Below are positions 1 through 7,716 of a stretch of DNA of 34,770 nt, piece by piece. Positions within the stretch are counted from its first letter, which is position 1. Each line of letters begins with the position of its first letter. Both the position numbers and the translations under genes were made by a program. The notes beneath the pieces were generated by a model, which ran no database searches, had not been told where the DNA came from, and saw only the letters and a list, made by a program, of their open reading frames with translations. The stretch is from a bacterium (lineage in GTDB: Bacteria > Methylomirabilota > Methylomirabilia > CAVQYV01): contig JAZDMQ010000082.1 in the NCBI GenBank assembly GCA_043800755.1, positions 1 to 34,770 on the forward strand, in the 5' to 3' direction.

Positions 1-99
1 AAGTATGCCCGCATCTGGGGCCCGGGAAAATACGATGGACAGCGGGTGGAGCGCGATTATGTGGTGCAGGATGGGGATGTCATCGAGCTACATGCCTGA
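1..99 (+). CDS. 3' end of a TGS-domain GTPase (DRG/OBG-like), partial
   Basis: Frame +1 reads KYARIWGPGKYDGQRVERDYVVQDGDVIELHA*, matching the C-terminal TGS motif of DRG-type GTPases (YARIWG..K..GQRV..D..L.DGD.IELH). Not in the ORF track because it is 5'-truncated. Confidence 0.8.
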   Translation, partial: KYARIWGPGKYDGQRVERDYVVQDGDVIELHA

Positions 100-116
100 G
101 GTCTAAGGGATGGGTC

Positions 117-602
117 ATGCGGTTTGTGGTGCATGAACACCAATCCAGCCACCATCACTTCGACTTTCGCCTGGAGATGAGTGGGGTCCTCAAATCCTGG
201 GCCGTCCCCAAGGGCCCATCCCTCAATCCGGCGGAGAGGCGCTTGGTCATCCAAGTCCCCGATCACTCCCTAAAATACGGGAGATGGGAGGGGATCATTC
301 CGGAAGGGGAGTATGGGGCAGGGGCAGTGGCCATCTGGGATGAAGGGGAATACCGAATGCTACAGGGCAAAGATACTCAGGAGCAATGGGAGAAGGGAAA
401 CCTCTCTTTTATGCTGTGGGGGAAAATATTGAAGGGCGGCTTTTCCCTGCTGAAGATGAAAGGCCGCGGGGCCGCAAAGGAGTGGCTTCTAATCAAAAAG
501 AAGGACAGCTACGCGCATGGTGGCTGGAAGATAAAGACCGCCTTGACCCCGGAGAAGCTCTCCCATCTGAAGGTAGAAAGGCCTCCCTGTCAGATGGAGT
601 AG
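117..602 (+). CDS. LigD-type DNA 3'-phosphoesterase domain protein (stand-alone PE)
   Basis: Motifs RFVVHEH..SHHHFDFRLE..GVLKSWAVPKGP, DH...Y..WEG.IPEGEYGAG.V.IWD.G and WLLIKKKD are diagnostic of LigD_N. Confidence 0.92.
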   Translation: MRFVVHEHQSSHHHFDFRLEMSGVLKSWAVPKGPSLNPAERRLVIQVPDHSLKYGRWEGIIPEGEYGAGAVAIWDEGEYRMLQGKDTQEQWEKGNLSFMLWGKILKGGFSLLKMKGRGAAKEWLLIKKKDSYAHGGWKIKTALTPEKLSHLKVERPPCQME

Positions 603-636
603 CTGGCAAGGGAGGAAAATCCCCTCCACTCCTGAT

Positions 637-678
637 CCTCAAGGCCGACACCCGGGTTCGATTCCCGCTGGGGCACCA
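637..678 (+). pseudogene. 3' half of a tRNA (probably Glu-CUC); att-site remnant
   Basis: CTCAAGGCCGACACCCGGGTTCGATTCCCGCTGGGGCACCA contains an anticodon-loop remnant, a T-arm (CGGG-TTCGATT-CCCG), an acceptor 3' strand and CCA. No complementary 5' acceptor strand or D-arm lies about 75 nt upstream. Confidence 0.75.
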
Positions 679-685
679 AAAAATG

Positions 686-719
686 AGGAGTGGCATAGAA
701 TGCCACTCCTTTCTCTTTT
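686..719 (+). terminator. Intrinsic terminator after the tRNA fragment
   Basis: AGGAGTGGCA-TAGAA-TGCCACTCCT, a perfect 10-bp stem, followed by TTCTCTTTT. Confidence 0.75.
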
Positions 720-857
720 CACACCGACATCGAGCCGAAACTCTTCTGCCTGCGTTAAGCGCCTTGCCGTCAACCTGGAAACACAAGAGCTTTGGAATTC
801 AAGAATAAAGATTTGATAACCCTCGCCACTCCTTATGGAGGCTCCATCTATCCTGCC

Positions 858-1178
858 TCATCTACCCTCTTTGATCTGGCCCCTTCGCCTCCACTCCCGA
901 TCGTAGATCTTCCCATCCCTGATGTATCCCTCGGGCTCCCCGTGTCGATCGTAGATCCGCTGCCCCTCGATCCGGTACCGGAGGCGCCAGTCCTCATCAT
1001 AGGCTCGATCCCCCCTTATATGGCCCTGGGGCTGCCAGTTCTGGTCATAGATCCGGCCATCCTTCACATAGCCCTGGAGATCCCAGTCCCGGTCGTAGGT
1101 CCGTAGATCCTCGGCCGCGCAGGATAGGGCGCACCAGAGAACGGCAAGCAAGATGGAAAGAAGGATTGCTCTTTTCAT
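858..1178 (-). CDS. Small secreted protein of five 16-aa repeats (5-fold beta-flower-like)
   Basis: Signal peptide MKRAILLSILLAVLWCALSCAA, then 5 repeats of xYDxxWxxxGxIxxxR. Confidence 0.75.
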   Translation of the reverse strand: MKRAILLSILLAVLWCALSCAAEDLRTYDRDWDLQGYVKDGRIYDQNWQPQGHIRGDRAYDEDWRLRYRIEGQRIYDRHGEPEGYIRDGKIYDREWRRRGQIKEGR

Positions 1179-1216
1179 GCCAGGATCATCGCTCTTTGAG
1201 CAGGCTACGTACTGGA

Positions 1217-4200
1217 TCAGGCGCTTGACTTGCCGGTTCGCCTGGAGCGGCTCGTTGGTCGTTCAGGTTGGATTTCATCTTGTATGCAGATCGTCGTCGC
1301 CTCCGCGGTCGAATAGATCGCATCGATTTCCCCCTGAATGGCAATGGTCCGCTGGAGCGCTGTGACGATGCGGCAGTAAGTGCGAATGTCGTCCAGCTCC
1401 AGCCGCCGCTCCCTGCGATCCTTGAGCCACTTCTTGCAGACTTGGTATCCGCCCACTTGGTATTCCCATACTGCGGCAGGCACAGGCGCGAAATACTGGG
1501 TTTGGTTGATATAGACCCGCTGCACTTCGGCGTCATAGCGGAGGCCCTGGCTCTTGGACTTCGCCACGCGACCATCGCCCTGGCCTTCGAAGCGTGCGGC
1601 CGGTGGGTCGAGGTCGGGAGATTTCAGCAGGTGCAATGTCACCAGCCGCGCGCCCAGTGCAGCCAGCTTTTCAAAGACTTTGTGGTTAGCACTGAACGGG
1701 ATCCGCGGAAAGTCCAGGCGTAGGGATCCAGCGTATCGCTCGCGGTAAGTGGGCGCATAGAGCACCGCGTAAACATAGTGGAAGATTTCCTCCGGCGTCG
1801 GCCCTGCCTGCGCCGTGCCCGGCACGGCAGACAGGTCACGGCCATATGCCTCCGCCAGCGCCGACACTACCTTCGGATTCAGGTTCGGCCGCCGCTCGGT
1901 CGGCCCATGCCGGGAGAACAGCTCGCTACGGTCCGTGTCAGGGTAGAGGTAGAGGGGGAAAAGGTAACCACGTTCCCGTGTGCGGTTAGAGACCATGCAA
2001 TCATTTGTAATCCAGTTACTGACCATTGCATGAACCCATGGCTGCCCTGCCAGTTGTCGGCAGGTCATCAGGGCCACGTTCTCCCCCGCCAGCATGTGGC
2101 GCATGACTTTTAACAGAGGTCTGGCGTGAAAACCGTTTGACTGTCCCGTGTAGTAGGTGTGGCGGACATCGAACGGTCGGTACAGAATGGGCAGGACTCT
2201 GTCCCGATTGGGGCCTGAATCACGTATGTCTTTCTGTGCCCAGGCAACCTTCCAGGATTGTACGTCCTTGCCTAATTTGAAGGCCTCTCGGGCAAGCTCC
2301 GGGTCCATTCGGGAGAAGACCGTTACCCTCTGCCACACCTCCTCCGGCGACCCGTGGATCGTCAGGCTATCGCGAGCGGTCACGATTCCCACACTGTTGA
2401 TGGGAAAGACCTCAGTAACAGGAATGAAGCCATTGTAGGAAGCGACCAGAGCTTCGTCCTGCGGCACAAAGAGAAAGAACGGTGACTTGGGCTGCACCTC
2501 CTGCCAATCCGTGTTGGCGATGTCATGTTCTCCGAGCCAGGCGTATTTTGATTTCCGCGTGCCCCAAACTTCGGCACGGCGAACAGTGCGGCAACCCTGT
2601 GCTTCACCGCGCCTGATGAAGAAGGCGATGGCGACGCCTTGGCGGATGTCGAAGACGTTCTCGTCCTTGCTACCGTCAGGGCAGGTCTCCCGTTTGAGAG
2701 AATTGCCGTGGAGGTCCAGGACATGGATCACGTCGAAAGTCTCCATGAGGCTGTGGCGCATGCCGCGAAAGGTGGGATTGTCGAGGTACCCGTGGTTGGT
2801 GATCATCCCGATGACGCCGCAGCCGGCCTGCTCGATCTTCCACTGGGCGAAGCGCAGGAACTTGACGTAGTCGTCCTGGAGCCAGTGTTTCTTTTCGCCA
2901 AAGTGCTTTCCGTCAATGTACTTGTAATCCTCAATCAAGCCCGTAATCCATTCGCCCATGTTGGACGAGATGCCTGAGTACGGCGGATTGCCGAGGATGA
3001 CGAGGATGGGCGTCTGCTTCTTGACCTCGCCGGCGAGATGCGATTCTTCGGCAAGGGAGGAGAAACCCGGAAGGCGGCTCTGGTCCAGCTCTTTCATGTC
3101 GAGGGTGTTGGTGAGGTAAAAGCGGACCCGCTCATCGTTGGCCAGGCGGTGGCCGAGTTCCTCCAGAAAGAAACCCATCTTGAGGTGACCGACCGCATAG
3201 GGGGCCATCATCAGCTCGAACGCATAGAAGTTCTTCAGGATGTGCCGCCGGATGAAGTCCTCCCGCGCGCCGGAGCCGTACTTGGCCTCGAACTCGCGGA
3301 CGGCTTCCTGCGCGGCGCGGGCGACGAAGGTCATGGTGCCGGCGGCGGGGTCAAGGAGCGTCACGCCCTCCGAGGCCAGGCCGTCCGGCTTGCCGAACTC
3401 GGTCTTGAGGAGGTTGTGCAGGGACCGGACGATGTACGAGACGACGGGCTCCGGAGTGTAATAGACGCCGCGGCGCTCGCGCTCCTCCGGGTCATACTGG
3501 GCCAAGAAGGTCTCGTAGAAATGGACAATGGGGTCGCTGCCCTTGCCCTGCTTGTAGTAGGTGTCGAGGATTCCCGGCGCGTCCGCCACGGCCAGGACCT
3601 CGGAGATGTCGTCTACGGTCCATTCCAGTTGGGCGGGCAGATCTTCCAGGGAGATGAAGCGGAAGAGGTCGCGCAGCACGCCGATGGTGTGGGGGATGCT
3701 GTCGAAAGCGGCGCGGCGGTTGAAGCCATCGCCGGTGCGCACCCGTGCGGCAAATAGGCCGTAGGCGATGGTTTGGGCGTAGAGGTCGGCGAAGTCCTCC
3801 GGCATAAGATCACCGATGAGGTATTGCCGGAAGGCCTCGTAGAAGCCGGTGAGGGGGCCGGGGACGTCGCGCTCCTCGGCAAGCTGTTGGGCCACGATGT
3901 TACGGAGGAAGCGGGTGCGCTTGGCCAGCTCGACGGCCAGGGTCTGCGCCGTGAAAGTCTTGGGAAGGGAAAAACCGAGAAAGCGGTCGAGCAAAGCCCA
4001 GAGTTCAGCCGGTTTCTCGATGGGCGGAGCAGTCTGGAGGCGGTTCAGCGTAAACGGGCGCGCCGCCAGAACCGATTCGGTCCTCTCGCCGTTGAGATAG
4101 AGACGAAACTCCAAGAAGTTAGTCAGAATGAGGTTGGGAAACGTCGAACGGTAGCGCCGCAGTTGCTCGGAGTCCTCGATCTGATCCAGTCGCTCTTCCG

Positions 4201-4447
4201 TGGGCGGCTTGGCCTCGATGTAGCCAATGATGCGATCCGTTCCGTTCCACACGCGGAAATCGGGATTCCCGGCCTCGGTGCTCTTGGGAAGCGTGGTCAC
4301 GTGGACCTTGCTCCTGCCGGTCGCCTGCGCCACCTCTCCGAGGAGCCCGCTCAGGGTGGAGTAGAAGCTCTCTTCCCGCGCATCCCCTCTCAGGGCCACG
4401 ACCGCAATCGCTTGGAGGTAGTTTTTGAAAAGGGTCTTAGGATTCAT
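1217..4447 (-). CDS. Type IIG / type ISP-like restriction-modification enzyme (nuclease + N6-adenine MTase + TRD, no helicase)
   Basis: N-terminal NPDF...GYIEAK (PD-ExK); GVYYTP; motif I LLDPAAGT; motif IV GNPPY; LQDDYVKF; C-terminal YRPFD and GGYQV..KWL of the LlaBIII-like specificity domain. Confidence 0.9.
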   Translation of the reverse strand: MNPKTLFKNYLQAIAVVALRGDAREESFYSTLSGLLGEVAQATGRSKVHVTTLPKSTEAGNPDFRVWNGTDRIIGYIEAKPPTEERLDQIEDSEQLRRYRSTFPNLILTNFLEFRLYLNGERTESVLAARPFTLNRLQTAPPIEKPAELWALLDRFLGFSLPKTFTAQTLAVELAKRTRFLRNIVAQQLAEERDVPGPLTGFYEAFRQYLIGDLMPEDFADLYAQTIAYGLFAARVRTGDGFNRRAAFDSIPHTIGVLRDLFRFISLEDLPAQLEWTVDDISEVLAVADAPGILDTYYKQGKGSDPIVHFYETFLAQYDPEERERRGVYYTPEPVVSYIVRSLHNLLKTEFGKPDGLASEGVTLLDPAAGTMTFVARAAQEAVREFEAKYGSGAREDFIRRHILKNFYAFELMMAPYAVGHLKMGFFLEELGHRLANDERVRFYLTNTLDMKELDQSRLPGFSSLAEESHLAGEVKKQTPILVILGNPPYSGISSNMGEWITGLIEDYKYIDGKHFGEKKHWLQDDYVKFLRFAQWKIEQAGCGVIGMITNHGYLDNPTFRGMRHSLMETFDVIHVLDLHGNSLKRETCPDGSKDENVFDIRQGVAIAFFIRRGEAQGCRTVRRAEVWGTRKSKYAWLGEHDIANTDWQEVQPKSPFFLFVPQDEALVASYNGFIPVTEVFPINSVGIVTARDSLTIHGSPEEVWQRVTVFSRMDPELAREAFKLGKDVQSWKVAWAQKDIRDSGPNRDRVLPILYRPFDVRHTYYTGQSNGFHARPLLKVMRHMLAGENVALMTCRQLAGQPWVHAMVSNWITNDCMVSNRTRERGYLFPLYLYPDTDRSELFSRHGPTERRPNLNPKVVSALAEAYGRDLSAVPGTAQAGPTPEEIFHYVYAVLYAPTYRERYAGSLRLDFPRIPFSANHKVFEKLAALGARLVTLHLLKSPDLDPPAARFEGQGDGRVAKSKSQGLRYDAEVQRVYINQTQYFAPVPAAVWEYQVGGYQVCKKWLKDRRERRLELDDIRTYCRIVTALQRTIAIQGEIDAIYSTAEATTICIQDEIQPERPTSRSRRTGKSSA
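1803..1835. repeat. 33-bp palindromic element inside the R-M CDS
   Basis: CCTGCCTGC-GCCGTGCC-C-GGCACGGC-AGACAGG, an imperfect hairpin of exactly 11 codons. Confidence 0.65.
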
Positions 4448-4465
4448 TCCCGTTGCCTTGTAGCT

Positions 4466-4528
4466 ACCAAATGTCGGGCTTAACTGAGGCGCATTTCTCA
4501 GCGCATTCAGTTCAAGCCGTTGTTAGCG
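4466..4528 (-). other. Integron attC-like site (63 bp, degenerate R')
   Basis: The - strand reads CGCTAAC (R'', containing the TAA stop of the upstream gene), AAC, GGCTTGAACTGA...TCAGTTAAGCC (L''/L' arms with one extrahelical G), then ATTTGGT where GTTRRRY is expected. Confidence 0.7.
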
Positions 4529-5644
4529 GTTGGTCTCGACCTTGATGCCTCCGAGGATATTTGAACTATCGAAAACCATCATTTCAGGAGCGACAGGAGA
4601 TCTTGCTGCTATCTCGCCGGCCAAGTTTGCGAGTTTGCCCAGCACCGCAGTTGCGTAATCCATGCCCTCTACCACTGAGATGTCTCCAGTGGCTGCCTTT
4701 ACAAACGAGTTAAACTGATTCTCAAAATCGCTGAAGTGATCGCAAGTAGAACGCGCTGACCGGATTTTGGCCGGGCTTTCAGGAATGGGGCAACGGAGGA
4801 TTGGCACATGAGCGCCTTCAGCGATGCTCAGTTGATCGCACAAGGAGAATAGTTCCGCCTTGGCCAGGGCCAAAGGTGCTGAATGGACTACCAGGTCTCT
4901 GTAGTTCCCTAGAAGCGTTAGCCAACCGTTGTCACTTGCTGCCACCTGCAATTCTACGGTCAGGTCGTCGGGGTCCAAAATCTTGTTTAGGACTTTCTTT
5001 TTTAGCGCTCCCATAGCCGTAATTCTCAGATTTCCCAAACTGACCATGGGCTTATATATATACTCCGCCGCAAACTCGGCTAAGTAGTCCCGCAGAATGC
5101 AGGCGTCAACCAAGAACGATTGCAGAGACAGGTACGTTAACCGGGTGAAGCCGTCTTCGAACCTGGTGCCTATTTTGAAATCGTTACGCTTAAGCTTTGC
5201 CAGAAGCTGAGTGGTGTATGCTTCTGATACTTCTCTCAGCCTCCAGTCGCACACTCTAAGTTGGTGCCCAATTCGGCTTGCTGTGTCCCACAGCAAGCCG
5301 TCTTTTCTCTTGAAACCTGCGTTGCCTATATTCCTCCATTTTCGGGCAGTCTCCTCAGTAGGCCAAGAGGTATTTCTTGTACGACAATAGGATCGCCAAT
5401 TTGGAGGCACGGTGCCCTCGACCTCAAGGGCGTGCGAATAGAAATCAACCCCAATGATCCGAAAGCCGAGAGACTCAAGGATGCCGTAAATTGCCCCATA
5501 AGCACTTGTTTCAATCTGCCATGGTATCCCTTCTATGGTGTTGGGGAGAAAACGAACGACCGGGTCATGATCGTTAATTGCTCGACATCCTCCCCCCAGA
5601 TGAAGGATACGACCGGCTGGCCATTTGTTGTCTATTTGTTTCAT
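4523..5644 (-). CDS. Hypothetical protein with HEPN RxxxxH motif (Cthe_2314-like); putative gene cassette
   Basis: 373-aa ORF with an RDLVVH motif after a predicted helical region, AT-richer composition, flanked by attC core sites. Confidence 0.65.
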   Translation of the reverse strand: MKQIDNKWPAGRILHLGGGCRAINDHDPVVRFLPNTIEGIPWQIETSAYGAIYGILESLGFRIIGVDFYSHALEVEGTVPPNWRSYCRTRNTSWPTEETARKWRNIGNAGFKRKDGLLWDTASRIGHQLRVCDWRLREVSEAYTTQLLAKLKRNDFKIGTRFEDGFTRLTYLSLQSFLVDACILRDYLAEFAAEYIYKPMVSLGNLRITAMGALKKKVLNKILDPDDLTVELQVAASDNGWLTLLGNYRDLVVHSAPLALAKAELFSLCDQLSIAEGAHVPILRCPIPESPAKIRSARSTCDHFSDFENQFNSFVKAATGDISVVEGMDYATAVLGKLANLAGEIAARSPVAPEMMVFDSSNILGGIKVETNR

Positions 5645-5655
5645 CTCTCTTCAAA

Positions 5656-5863
5656 GGCTAACGGAGCGCGATCTATCCGCACCCCGCGCGTAGCGGCCGA
5701 GCCGAAGGCTCGCAAGGGGCGCAACCGTGGAGTGTGCACGCCATCGGCATGGCTTAGCGGCAGCGGCGTGATGGCAAGACTCCTTCGCCATTGCTCAACT
5801 CGGCTGGCTCGCGGCGCATAGCCTCAGCGGCAAACCCGCTGTCCGCTACAGCCGTTGTTAGGC
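5656..5863 (-). other. Composite attC region (one complete attC with degenerate R' plus a second partial attC)
   Basis: The - strand reads GCCTAAC-AAC-GGCTGTAGCGG...CCGCTAAGCC-ATGCC-GATGGCG (about 125 bp; L arms with a bulged G). A second GC-rich half follows and ends CGCTCC-GTTAGCC 11 nt before the next ATG. Confidence 0.7.
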
Positions 5864-5871
5864 GCACGCTG

Positions 5872-6723
5872 TCAAATGCTCGAAAACCAATTTTTGTCAA
5901 CCGTGACCTTTTCAACTTCAACTTTGTCTGTCTTTACACCGAGCGATAACTCTTTGAGTTTTTGAACCAATTGGTCACCATCAACAAGGTCAATAGCGGG
6001 CGCGCCATCTCGAATCGCTTCTCTTGCGGCATCTTTGGTGAAAGTGCCCGTGGTGACAAATAATCCTTTATCTGCGCGGCCAACCATCGCGCCGCGAAAG
6101 TCGCGGATTTGGCTTGCACCAACTGCGCCTTGCCATTTTTTACACTGAAAGATAACGTGAAAACTGAGTAATCCACCAAGTCGCATGATTCCCCGCCCGT
6201 CAATTCCTCCATCTCCACTTCTACCTGTAATTTCGACTTGGATAAAGCCGGACTCGCGGAGAAACCGTTGAATCAACCGTTCAAAACCAGAAGCCTCCAT
6301 TTTGACTAAAGTGTCAAGAAGTTCCTCTTGCCATGTTGTTATTGTCTCTGCCTCTCCGAGTCCACTTTCAACTTCGAGCCGTTCTTTCTTCAATTGGTCG
6401 CGAACGACCCTTACCACTTCTCTTTCATCAATTTGACTGATAGAACGGCCATTGGGAGTGAGCGCCCATACGCCTCTGCCTGAATTCTCTAACAAGCCAT
6501 AGCGCTTCAAATATGTTCGTGTCCATGCTATCCGATACTCGAATTCCGTTTGGCCGCCTCGAGAGGAATCATGTATGACTTCCAGGTGTTCATCGGAAAG
6601 CCCCATAATCTCTGTAACCTTGCTGTTGATCTCCTCGATTGTGCCTGACCCTCCCAAGTCCTTCATTACATCGAGGACGGGATTCATGATCGCGTCATAG
6701 GTTGGAATGTTGGCTTTGTTCAT
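5872..6723 (-). CDS. mrr: Mrr-family (type IV) restriction endonuclease
   Basis: Mrr_N (PTYD.IMNPVL...EFEYRIAWTRTYLK..GLLENS.RGVW) plus Mrr_cat (FE.L...L...GF, SGDGGIDG, FQCKKW, IDLVDG). Start moved to the ATG at 6723, which has GGGAGA upstream. Confidence 0.92.
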   Translation of the reverse strand: MNKANIPTYDAIMNPVLDVMKDLGGSGTIEEINSKVTEIMGLSDEHLEVIHDSSRGGQTEFEYRIAWTRTYLKRYGLLENSGRGVWALTPNGRSISQIDEREVVRVVRDQLKKERLEVESGLGEAETITTWQEELLDTLVKMEASGFERLIQRFLRESGFIQVEITGRSGDGGIDGRGIMRLGGLLSFHVIFQCKKWQGAVGASQIRDFRGAMVGRADKGLFVTTGTFTKDAAREAIRDGAPAIDLVDGDQLVQKLKELSLGVKTDKVEVEKVTVDKNWFSSI

Positions 6724-6775
6724 TGTTCTCCCCATCAAGAGAAGCCACAATTTTTGAGATGTGCGCCAACGTCCG

Positions 6776-7324
6776 TCACGTCGGGCGGACGCAGTTGTGG
6801 TAGTCAGTGTTTGCCACAGAGTTCCGAATGCGCCACGTTCGCCAAAGTCCTTTCGGTCCACGCCGAGAGCTCCACTGCACACCTACCTGCTGAATGGCGT
6901 CGAACTCCGAAACGGAGCTTGGGATACGCTTGGGGACCTCGATGCCAACGAAGTCAAACGACTTATACTGACCGTACTCCACGATTAGAGCGAAGGTGTA
7001 CAGGCCCTCAGGACAGATGTAAGGGAACAGATGAATACTCGTTCCTACGACGGCTGCATTCGTGACATCGAGTTCCGCCCAACAAAACCGCCTCTCGTTA
7101 AATTCAAGGGTCGCTGATGTGAGCTGACGGTTCCGGAAGTCATAGTCGTCGTTGGCGGGCGACCAGAACACTCCTCGTCCACTCGAAAACTCACAAAGGC
7201 TGGGGTCGAAGATCGTCCAGTACCCCTGGCAGTCCGACGCGGTTATTCGTCCGTAGTTCAGCACGCTCGTACGGAACACCAGGCGCCTTTCCTGGACATC
7301 GGGGCGAAAGGACAGAATTTTCAC
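6776..7324 (-). CDS. Hypothetical protein (possibly frameshifted at its 5' end)
   Basis: 182-aa ORF co-oriented with the island cargo, GTG start, no recognisable motif. Confidence 0.55.
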   Translation of the reverse strand: MKILSFRPDVQERRLVFRTSVLNYGRITASDCQGYWTIFDPSLCEFSSGRGVFWSPANDDYDFRNRQLTSATLEFNERRFCWAELDVTNAAVVGTSIHLFPYICPEGLYTFALIVEYGQYKSFDFVGIEVPKRIPSSVSEFDAIQQVGVQWSSRRGPKGLWRTWRIRNSVANTDYHNCVRPT

Positions 7325-7687
7325 ACCTAGCCTCGGTCGGAGCGACTACCGAGGATCTTGCCTGTGAGATCGGTCAGGAAAGTAACAGGTCCGAGAACAT
7401 CCATGATGGTTGTCTTGCGATAGTGTTCCTTGAGGCCACATCGCGCCCGATGGCGTGGAGCGTCCGCGCCATCTATGGATTATATGATTTCCGTACAAGA
7501 ACCCTCAACTGGAGTATTGTCGGCATAAGACGCCAGGGATGTTTTCGGGTAGCCGCAGGTTTGACGCAACTCCGGGCCTCTCAAACGGACGTGCTGAGGT
7601 CTTATATGGCTTCCTGATAAGGTCCAGTTCTCTCCTGTTGTAACGCAGGGAAAGGGTAGAAGGGTAAAATTAAGCAACTACGATGGG

Positions 7688-7716
7688 TTTATACGCCCAC
7701 GAGTTGGGCAAGTCAA
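7688..7716 (-). promoter_or_regulatory. Sigma70-type promoter facing the island cargo
   Basis: - strand TTGACT-N17-TATAAA. The spacer contains an inverted repeat GCCCA-ACTCG-TGGGC. Confidence 0.55.

Noticed and set aside
600-678. Intact tRNA gene
   Set aside because: No 5' acceptor strand complementary to TGGGGC and no D-arm; only the 3' half is present.
858-1110. CRISPR-like or DNA tandem repeat with a 48-bp period
   Set aside because: The periodicity reflects protein repeats with divergent codons. There are no identical repeats with spacers and no cas genes.
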